From the NCBI GenBank assembly GCA_002686445.1, contig NZCO01000007.1, forward strand, positions 5,483 through 69,482: a stretch of DNA of 64,000 nt. Direction: 5' to 3'. Made by a program: the position numbers and the translations under genes. The DNA comes from a bacterium (GTDB lineage Bacteria; Patescibacteriota; Andersenbacteria; UBA10190). The notes beneath the pieces are model-generated. The model ran no database searches. It was not told the origin of the DNA and was given only the letters and a program-made list of their open reading frames with translations. Shown piece by piece: positions 57,483-64,000 of this stretch. How positions within the stretch are numbered: the first letter of the stretch is position 1; every line of letters begins with the position of its first letter.

Positions 57483-58646
57483 TTAACCTAGCAGCTCATC
57501 GTAGAGCGATGTGATCTTGTCGATGCTCCCTTCCCAGCTAAAGTTCTCGCGCACACGTCGCTGCCCGGCCTGACCGAAGCGCTCGCGCAAGGAGCGGTCC
57601 TGAAGCAGCGTGATTAATTTGTCTGCTAGCTCCTTATTTTCTTCGAACAACAAGCCTACTTCTTGGTCCGGTGCCACATAAGGTACGGCTGACACGTTGC
57701 GAGCCACCACGGGTGTGCCGGCCGCCAGGCTTTCAGCTAGCACGATCCCAAATGCTTCGTATTGTGTAGGATGCACAAGGAGCGCGGCGTGCTGATAAGC
57801 TCCGACTAAGGCCATGTCGCTTAGTCTTCCGGCAAAGTGGACATGAGCAGTGACGCCTAGTGTCTCCGCGGCTGCCTCTAAATCGGACTGTATGCCAAAG
57901 TCCTCACCAACTAATACGAACTGCGCATCGGGCACGGCCTTAAGCACTTCAGGTAAAGCTCTGAACACCGCCTTAAGGCCCTTTCCCAGACTCAAACGAC
58001 TAACGGACAGCATTACTGGTCCACGCCGGCTGATTTCCGCAAATGGATTGGGTTGAGCTGTTGTCAGCACGGCTTCGTCGACCCCGGGTGAAATGAGCTC
58101 AAATCGCTTAACCGGCAGACCAGAGCGCTCAATAAGCTCCTGCTCAAAGGGAGAAATCACAGCCACGACATCCGCGGCCGCGAAGGTGGCCCGGCCGATA
58201 GTATGTTTATACAGTTGCCACTGCCATTTACGGCGCAGCGCATTCTCATAGTAAATAGGATGGAAAATGAACGGGATGTCGTGCGATCGAGCGTAGCGCG
58301 CCGCAGCGTCCGCCGGTTGGTACCAAAAGCTGTGCCCGTGAACGACGTCGGGCTGATGGTGCCCGAGGTAATGGCTTAGGCCCTGCAGGCGTGGATATGA
58401 AATAAGTGGCGTGTCCTTGGCGCGCAGCCGCTGAACGTATGGTGGATCGTCCTGTAGGGCTTCCCGAGCGAGTTCTGAGATTGGTCGATGCGTGCGCATG
58501 GTGCTAGTCAGCACCCTAACATCTCGAAGAGACTGGTCCGTGGCATCAGGCGAGACACGACGGGTGCGCTGAGCTATCTCCTGAACATAACGCTCAACCC
58601 CGCCAGTGGCGGGCGGATAGCGTAAACACGTATGTACGATTCGCAT
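57483..58646 (-). CDS. Glycosyltransferase family 4
   Basis: HPTQYEAFGIVLAESLAAGTPVVARNVSAVPYVA. Confidence 0.8.
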   Translation of the reverse strand: MRIVHTCLRYPPATGGVERYVQEIAQRTRRVSPDATDQSLRDVRVLTSTMRTHRPISELAREALQDDPPYVQRLRAKDTPLISYPRLQGLSHYLGHHQPDVVHGHSFWYQPADAAARYARSHDIPFIFHPIYYENALRRKWQWQLYKHTIGRATFAAADVVAVISPFEQELIERSGLPVKRFELISPGVDEAVLTTAQPNPFAEISRRGPVMLSVSRLSLGKGLKAVFRALPEVLKAVPDAQFVLVGEDFGIQSDLEAAAETLGVTAHVHFAGRLSDMALVGAYQHAALLVHPTQYEAFGIVLAESLAAGTPVVARNVSAVPYVAPDQEVGLLFEENKELADKLITLLQDRSLRERFGQAGQRRVRENFSWEGSIDKITSLYDELLG

Positions 58647-58812
58647 GTTTTGATCCTAACGTATCGAAATGATAATGACACCTCGGTCTGCTGCCCGAGC
58701 CGGTGCGCTGACACTCTCACCCAACTTCGCCCTGCGGGCTTCGCAGGGTTATCCGTTTGCTCGATCTTCGTCGCTCCAGTACCTGGAGCAGACTCATATC
58801 GGCAAACGAAAT

Positions 58813-58845
58813 AAAAAAACGGCTCATTTTTTTGGTTGAGCCGTT
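58813..58845 (-). terminator. Rho-independent terminator after minus-strand gene 58849-59256
   Basis: Minus strand reads AACGGCTCA-accaaaaaaa-TGAGCCGTT followed by TTTTTTT. Confidence 0.6.
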
Positions 58846-58848
58846 GTG

Positions 58849-59256
58849 CTACCGTGCGCTATAGCCAATCCACCAAGCCATGAATCCAAGTGCGCCGCCT
58901 ACGCCTGCGGACATTGGCCAGCTCCACCAAGCGAGTAAATCCCCATGATTGTGCTCGTACAGGAAGTGGACCGCGCCAAAAATGGCGCCGAAGCCTACAA
59001 TCGGAATCAATATCATGGCCAGGTTCCATACCATCGACTTGAGCAATGGCATCACCATGGGTGTAATACCTACGAGGAAGCCAGTGACCGTAGTTCCGAC
59101 CGTGCAGTAGAGAACGTAATCGGGTTGCAAGTAAAGCCCCAGTGCGATTCCTACGGGTATGCCAATTATTCCAAGTAGCAGTGGCGTAAGAAGAGGTCTT
59201 AGAGCTCTTCTTTTTGCCTTGCGAACCCTCTTCGGTTCCAGTGTGGCATCGCTCAT
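58849..59256 (-). CDS. Small 4-TM membrane protein, hypothetical
   Basis: 135 aa. Basic N-terminus KRVRKAKRRALR followed by four hydrophobic helices. Confidence 0.4.
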   Translation of the reverse strand: MSDATLEPKRVRKAKRRALRPLLTPLLLGIIGIPVGIALGLYLQPDYVLYCTVGTTVTGFLVGITPMVMPLLKSMVWNLAMILIPIVGFGAIFGAVHFLYEHNHGDLLAWWSWPMSAGVGGALGFMAWWIGYSAR

Positions 59257-59329
59257 TTTTTGACTCCCTTCGAGGGGAACGAAATAGTTAAGGTACAGCC
59301 TGCACAGTATGCGACCTTAGGCTTAATTG

Positions 59330-60109
59330 TCAATAGTCAATTTTTGCGAGGTACTTACGTCCCATCTCAAACTCGTAGTAGCCAGAAAGGACACACCAGA
59401 GCCATCCCGCGGGCCCGTCAAGCAGGCCACGGCGGTAAATAAACAACTTCAGAAATTGCCGAACCGCCAACCAGAGCGGCATCAGGTACCCGGGGCGAAT
59501 ATGACGGCCAGAACGATGGTGGCCGGTGCGCGCTATTTCCTCTGCATCCAGGGTCGTATAACGGTGCATTTTGTCTAAATACGAGCGTATGGTCGGATGA
59601 GAGTGGTGCATCAGGGGCGCCTTTAGAACTGCTGAGTGCGTATCGCCCAAAGCAATCCGCTCTCCCATGTTGGTTTCAACTTGCTCGTGGACTTTGGCGT
59701 CGTTCCATTGCCCTGAGGCCCGCCGCATCAGCCGAGGGTTATGGCCGTACAGGTGCCACAGGGGGCGCCGCAGAAACACCGTTACGATGCGTAGCCAATA
59801 GAAGTCCTTATCTGGATTCGTCATGGCTTCAACAATCAGCTGCTGTAGCTCATCGGTCACTTCCTCATCCGCATCAATGAAGAGTAGCCACTCACCCTTA
59901 GCTTGCGCTCGCCCGAAGTTCTTCTGGGGGCCATAGCCCGGCCAGGGCCGAACAAACACGGTCGCGCCGGCATCACGTGCCAGCTGTGCTGTCTTGTCGG
60001 TACTCTCGGCATCAACCACTATTCGCTCATCAGCAAAGGCGACGCTGGTTAGGCAGCGTTCAATGTTATCCTCCTCGTTTCTGGTAATGACGATTGCTGA
60101 GAGCTGCAT
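59330..60109 (-). CDS. Glycosyltransferase family 2 (GT-A)
   Basis: MQLSAIVITRNEEDNIERCLTSV...ERIVVDAESTDKTAQLA...LLFIDADEEVT. Confidence 0.8.
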   Translation of the reverse strand: MQLSAIVITRNEEDNIERCLTSVAFADERIVVDAESTDKTAQLARDAGATVFVRPWPGYGPQKNFGRAQAKGEWLLFIDADEEVTDELQQLIVEAMTNPDKDFYWLRIVTVFLRRPLWHLYGHNPRLMRRASGQWNDAKVHEQVETNMGERIALGDTHSAVLKAPLMHHSHPTIRSYLDKMHRYTTLDAEEIARTGHHRSGRHIRPGYLMPLWLAVRQFLKLFIYRRGLLDGPAGWLWCVLSGYYEFEMGRKYLAKIDY

Positions 60110-60114
60110 AAGAC

Positions 60115-60756
60115 TTATGATATGACAGACTTGATAGTACGAACTGAAATGCCCACGCGCTTAATGAATCCGAGGTGTTTAACAAAATCGGTATAGGGTA
60201 CGGCGTACGTTCCCTCAGACGTGTCGTCGATGACATGGTACGTCTCGATCAGCCAACGACCTCTAAGCTGTGCCCACAATACTCGTAGGTTTGCCTTAAA
60301 CAGAGACCAATTACGGTTGGTGTAGTTTACCGTCTTAAGCCGCATCGCGTCCCTTGGGGGCACCGTCTCCATCCCAAAGTCTGTGGTGCGGCCAGCTTGA
60401 TATATGGCCATAGCCGCGGTCACGACCGAATCATTGTACCCGCCTCCAGGGTATGCCAGCGTTGTGGCGGCCAGCTCTTGCGCAGGGCGAGCGAGCTCGT
60501 CGGCCAACTGGTCCGGAGATAGTGACCGCAGGTTGGCGTGTGAAATGCTGTGCGCGGCGAGCTCATGCCCTTGCTGCACGATCGATAACCAGTCTTGCGA
60601 TGGCGTCACCGGCATGTTCTCGCTCGCTGCAACCCTCTCTGTATCAAGTGGAATCGCGAACACTCCCACCATGCCCATACTGTCCAACAGGGGCACGATT
60701 TTCTTGTAGACGTGGCGATACCCATCATCAAATGTCAGCGTCAGTATTCCGGGCAT
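60115..60756 (-). CDS. Polysaccharide deacetylase (CE4/NodB-homology)
   Basis: LTLTFDDGYRHVY (motif 1, TFDDG) and ELAAHSISHANL (His-His motif). Confidence 0.7.
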   Translation of the reverse strand: MPGILTLTFDDGYRHVYKKIVPLLDSMGMVGVFAIPLDTERVAASENMPVTPSQDWLSIVQQGHELAAHSISHANLRSLSPDQLADELARPAQELAATTLAYPGGGYNDSVVTAAMAIYQAGRTTDFGMETVPPRDAMRLKTVNYTNRNWSLFKANLRVLWAQLRGRWLIETYHVIDDTSEGTYAVPYTDFVKHLGFIKRVGISVRTIKSVIS

Positions 60757-60765
60757 AGCCGATGT

Positions 60766-61977
60766 TTAAACGATCGCGCGTATCACGTCAAGTAGTCTCG
60801 TGCCGCAACTGCCGTCCGTATGCGTGATCATCTTCTGTAGCGTTCGCATACGCTCTGCCTTGTGCAGGGCTGGGTCGTCCAAGTACGCATTCACTGCCGT
60901 CACCAGCTCACGTGTGCTTTTAACGATACTGGTGCCACCCTCGTCGGTTATATACAGATAGTGCTGCTGGAAATCCCGATAGACCATTGAGCGACGCCAT
61001 CCTAGCCAATCCCACGGCTTTCCATATTTGACGTTGATGACTGGCACATCAGCTGCCATAGACTCGATCGCCACTGTAGACGATTGGTTTACCAACACGC
61101 TGGTGTGCGTAAACAGAGCAATGAGCATATACGTCTCTTCGTCTGTCGGGACGTATTTAAAGTCAGGGTGCAGAGCTGTGTCCCGCCGCCCAAAGGAGTA
61201 GCGCACGCGTGCACCGAAAGATTCATAGACTCGATGCTTCGCAATATCCCCACCCGGATGTACGGATGCATAGAGTTCAACGGGGCCAGACAATTTGTTG
61301 CCATCGCGCGCCTGGGCCAGGGCCTCAATGACGTAGGTAAATGGATAGAGTTCGGTGGTGGCACAGTGAATGAGGCAGGACTCCTTGCCGTCTAGTTCAA
61401 GATACTTCCCTAAGTCGTTGCGAGACGGGATGCGATCGTGGTGGGCGAAGTAATCAAAACGAGGCGGGCCCGTTATGGTAATCATCTCATCGGTAACTCC
61501 AGGAACTACTGCCAGCAAGTGTTCCTTGTTCATGGTATTCCAAACCGCATAGTGGTCTGGCAGCTCATAGTCACCGCCTCCCGCCTTGCTGCTGCCACTG
61601 TGTCCCTTGCTAAACAATCGCTCCATCTTAAAGACGTTATCCCAGCTGGCGACGAACGTAAGAGTCGGGATATCGAGCTGCTTGGCAGCACGTAAGATGC
61701 GCGTATCGAGCACGTCCAAGCCTACGGTGGGCGTAACGACAACGTCGGGCTTTAGCTGCTCAAGTAACGCTCGGTGGCCAGATTCATCTTGCGGATTAGT
61801 ATGCCAGGAGAACTTGTCGCCAAAGGACGGAAACAGTTCCTTGTGCCAGGGAGCGGCTGGCGTCACGACCTGGACTGCATCAATATCGGTCGCAGCTTCA
61901 AGCTGTTCGCGTAGCGGCAGCAATATCTCCCGGGCGTTATACCCGGATGGTGTTGAAATAAGTACGCGAAAGGCCAT
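60766..61977 (-). CDS. GT-B-fold transferase (TagB/TagF- or MGDG-synthase-like), hypothetical
   Basis: Start taken at MAFRVLISTPSGYN (ATG 61977; the ORF-track start is TTG 62013). C-terminal NQSSTVAIESMAADVPVINVKYG resembles the TagF/GT-B C-terminal nucleotide-binding block. A possible -35/-10 pair (TTGTCA-17-CATTAT) sits immediately upstream. Confidence 0.4.
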   Translation of the reverse strand: MAFRVLISTPSGYNAREILLPLREQLEAATDIDAVQVVTPAAPWHKELFPSFGDKFSWHTNPQDESGHRALLEQLKPDVVVTPTVGLDVLDTRILRAAKQLDIPTLTFVASWDNVFKMERLFSKGHSGSSKAGGGDYELPDHYAVWNTMNKEHLLAVVPGVTDEMITITGPPRFDYFAHHDRIPSRNDLGKYLELDGKESCLIHCATTELYPFTYVIEALAQARDGNKLSGPVELYASVHPGGDIAKHRVYESFGARVRYSFGRRDTALHPDFKYVPTDEETYMLIALFTHTSVLVNQSSTVAIESMAADVPVINVKYGKPWDWLGWRRSMVYRDFQQHYLYITDEGGTSIVKSTRELVTAVNAYLDDPALHKAERMRTLQKMITHTDGSCGTRLLDVIRAIV

Positions 61978-62104
61978 ATAGGGCATAATGCGGCATAATC
62001 GAGCTATTGACAAATGCCAGCCAAGACTCCATAATTCTGCCAGTTCAGTTTGTTCGTTTCAGTAACAACTATGATGGCAAGAAACTGTTTTAGGAGGACA
62101 GGAC

Positions 62105-62173
62105 ATGAAGACGGGGATAGATTGGCTCGAAGAGCTACTGCAGCGAGTTGGCGATGTGACCACTGTCACATGA
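62105..62173 (+). CDS. Candidate small ORF (22 aa) with perfect Shine-Dalgarno
   Basis: AGGAGG at 62093-62098, 6 nt before the ATG at 62105. Encodes MKTGIDWLEELLQRVGDVTTVT and ends TGA at 62171-62173, 18 nt before the next gene's start. Confidence 0.3.
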   Translation: MKTGIDWLEELLQRVGDVTTVT

Positions 62174-62191
62174 GAGGAGCCCTTTAGGGCG

Positions 62192-62923
62192 ATGAATGCA
62201 GAAAGTGGCGAAGTCATGTTAGGAACGCTTACGCCCGATATGTGCGCTCTACATGAGGCGGGAAATAGTCTACGCAAGGCTCACAATGACTTGGTCGACC
62301 AGTTACCAGGTCGCGACGGCGAACCAGTGGGACGTGCTAGCGTCGTTCCGGTAACCCGACAGCAGCTTGACCAGCTGAAGCGTCGTCACGCAATTGTCGG
62401 TGACTTGTTCTGGGATGCCGTGCGAAGCGAGTACAGTCCCGACAACGACGCTGTGTCGATCGAGCTCCGAGCAGGCGGTGTGGTTGTCTCTGTTCCCAAA
62501 CCAGAGCAAGAGGGATGCGGCGACCCAAGCTGTCTGGCCTGTAGACTTGGTGCGAGCAGGGGTGCGATGGACGTCGGCACGATTATGAGAAGGCTCATGC
62601 TGCGACAGATGCTAGGTGGCGGCGGTGGCATGGGCTTTCCATCCGCGATGTTCGGCGGCGCAGGTCCCCGGGGCTTCGGTGTCGACGAATTTCCGGTGGA
62701 CGGGGTTGACGAACTCGATGGGGGTATGTTGGTTATTGAAATAGGACCAGGACCATCACCCTTCGGCGATCTCTCGCCCGCCGATTTGATGAGGCTCGAT
62801 ATGAGCGAGTCTGGTGGCGACGATGAATTGCCCTTCGACCGACTTCGCCGAGAATTGAACGCCGATGCAACCGGTGCGCCCTCCGAGGGCCCCACTAGTG
62901 ACGGCGACTCAGCCGCTCCTTAG
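62192..62923 (+). CDS. Hypothetical protein with Cys cluster and Gly/Asp-rich low-complexity C-terminal half
   Basis: 243 aa. SD GAGAGGAG upstream. CGDPSCLAC motif. C-terminal GGGGGMGFPSAMFGGAGPRGFGVDEFPVDGVDELDGG...SGGDDELPFDRL is a disordered acidic/glycine-rich region. Confidence 0.45.
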   Translation: MNAESGEVMLGTLTPDMCALHEAGNSLRKAHNDLVDQLPGRDGEPVGRASVVPVTRQQLDQLKRRHAIVGDLFWDAVRSEYSPDNDAVSIELRAGGVVVSVPKPEQEGCGDPSCLACRLGASRGAMDVGTIMRRLMLRQMLGGGGGMGFPSAMFGGAGPRGFGVDEFPVDGVDELDGGMLVIEIGPGPSPFGDLSPADLMRLDMSESGGDDELPFDRLRRELNADATGAPSEGPTSDGDSAAP

Positions 62924-62941
62924 TTCCAACAAAATCATACA

Positions 62942-62969
62942 CTCTGCACAACGTGTGCAGAGTTTTTTT
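62942..62969. terminator. Hairpin terminator between convergent genes
   Basis: CTCTGCACA-acg-TGTGCAGAG (9-bp stem) at 62942-62962, followed by TTTTTTT at 62963-62969, which overlaps the stop of the minus-strand gene. Confidence 0.6.
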
Positions 62970-63711
62970 ATTTACCCATTAGGCGTAGTCGCCAAACGAG
63001 CACAATTGCCTCTTTAATTATTTTAGTCGTCATCTTTGATTGCCCTTCGCGACGCTCCGTAAATACGATTGGTATTTCCTTCACCTGATAGCCTTGCTTC
63101 CAGGCCCGATAGTTATTCACTATTTGAAAACCGTATCCATCAGCATCGCTCGTTTCTATGTGTATACCTCGCAGCGTGTCGGCGCGCCAAGCCTTAAAGC
63201 CGCCGGTCGAGTCAGAAAGGGGTAAGCCGGTGATGATTCTGGCGTACAGGTTACCGCCAATGCTGATTAACAACCGCTTCAATGGCCAGTTCACTACGCT
63301 GATGCCTTGGCTGTACCGAGAGCCAACGACAAGATCGTTTTCTTGAAGCTCGCCTAGTAGGCGCGAGACATCCTTAGGGCTGTGTGAGAAATCAGCATCC
63401 ATTTGCACTATCGCATCAGCACCGTGCTCCAAGGCGTAGGTAAACCCGTGCACGTACGCTTTGCCTAAGCCCGCCTTGTTGTCTCTAACCACCAGCTGCA
63501 CGGAAGGGAACTGTGACTCCAGGCCGCGGACAGCGTCGGCAGTCCCATCGGGAGAATTATCGTCGACTATAAGCACGGTCAGGTTGTCTATGCCTAATCC
63601 ATACAGCTGTGTAATCAGTTGTGCGATGTTTTCTATCTCGTTATAGGTAGGCACCACTACCCATGGGCTATGGCTGGTGAACGGTTCTGCCGGCTTTCGG
63701 GCTGTCTTCAT
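62968..63711 (-). CDS. ppm1: Polyprenol-monophosphomannose synthase-like GT2 (DPM1/Ppm1 catalytic-domain type, soluble)
   Basis: VVVPTYNEIENIAQLI...LIVDDNSPDGTADAV...LGKAYVHGF...VQMDADFSHSP is a very close match to DPM1/Ppm1 signature blocks. No C-terminal TM helices. Confidence 0.7.
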   Translation of the reverse strand: MKTARKPAEPFTSHSPWVVVPTYNEIENIAQLITQLYGLGIDNLTVLIVDDNSPDGTADAVRGLESQFPSVQLVVRDNKAGLGKAYVHGFTYALEHGADAIVQMDADFSHSPKDVSRLLGELQENDLVVGSRYSQGISVVNWPLKRLLISIGGNLYARIITGLPLSDSTGGFKAWRADTLRGIHIETSDADGYGFQIVNNYRAWKQGYQVKEIPIVFTERREGQSKMTTKIIKEAIVLVWRLRLMGK

Positions 63712-63748
63712 ATGAGGTTTACAGTATTAGTGATACGAGCAGTGTAAA

Positions 63749-64000
63749 TTAAGTTGTCGGCATCATGTCAGCTACGACCGACATGATTTCATCAACCGTC
63801 AGCACAGCGAGACCACCCTTCTTGGACTGGTCGCCAGGTGCGGTCCAGTTTTCGTAGCCTTGCTCTCGTGTCTCTGCAGCAGTCAGCACAGTCGGCGGCT
63901 CTGGGCTTTTAAGCATCGTTTGCGGCGTCGCAGGCGGGCCGATGATTGTACGGTGACGCTTCACAGGATCATCAATATATTCGTTTAAGAAATATGCTGG
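63749..64000 (-). CDS. C-terminal fragment of a hypothetical protein (5' end outside window)
   Basis: Minus-strand frame is open from the window edge (PAYFLNEYIDDPVKRHRTIIGPP...DEIMSVVADMMPTT*). Family not recognised. Confidence 0.3.
   Translation of the reverse strand, partial: PAYFLNEYIDDPVKRHRTIIGPPATPQTMLKSPEPPTVLTAAETREQGYENWTAPGDQSKKGGLAVLTVDEIMSVVADMMPTT

Noticed and set aside
58650-58800. Possible tRNA or small RNA in the gap after the GT4 gene start (58647-58848)
   Set aside because: No T-loop (GGTTCGAATCC-like) or D-loop signatures and no cloverleaf were found. Only a short CGCCCTGCGGGCTTCGCAGGG hairpin is present.
62386-62895. 169-aa antisense ORF opposite the Gly/Asp-rich protein
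   Set aside because: A mirror image of a low-complexity GC-rich coding region (Pro/Ser/Gly-rich translation). No start context.

Overview
The whole 64 kb window is a densely packed, apparently uninterrupted cell-envelope glycan/glycoconjugate biosynthesis superlocus. I found no rRNA, tRNA, CRISPR array, transposase or phage gene. Base composition is about 55-58% GC in most of the window, with a visibly lower-GC block of roughly 47-50% at about 28.3-38.9 kb. The coding content is dominated by four groups of genes. (1) About ten large polytopic membrane proteins with GT-C-like architecture: five ArnT/PMT (GT39/83)-like paralogs carrying an N-proximal DE motif, and at least three YfhO-like paralogs. 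(2) Two polyprenyl-phosphate-sugar synthase (DPM1/GtrB/Ppm1) homologs at 47020 and 62968, which would supply lipid-linked sugar donors to those GT-C enzymes. (3) At least twelve GT4 (GT-B, E-X7-E) glycosyltransferases, several GT2 enzymes and one GT9 heptosyltransferase-like enzyme. (4) Sugar-nucleotide and modification enzymes: three NAD-dependent epimerase/dehydratases, GDP-fucose synthase (Fcl), asparagine synthase (AsnB), a CE4 deacetylase, several SAM-methyltransferases including two FkbM-type, an MsbA-like ABC exporter, and a cassette of APH-like kinase, an IspD/TarI-like cytidylyltransferase-HAD fusion and a TagF-like transferase. Inside this locus sits an unexpected tandem pair of standalone Clp N-domain proteins at 3069-4870, with no AAA+ modules and with their ~100 bp upstream regions duplicated. 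A ~95-aa beta-rich module recurs in three GT-C enzymes, N-terminal to the membrane core in one and C-terminal in the other two. Further signals include several intrinsic terminators, a hairpin-dense convergent intergenic region, palindromic candidate operators, a 22-aa small ORF with a perfect SD, and an orphan Arg-rich hypothetical gene. All functional calls rest on recognisable motifs in the translated ORFs; no database search was possible.
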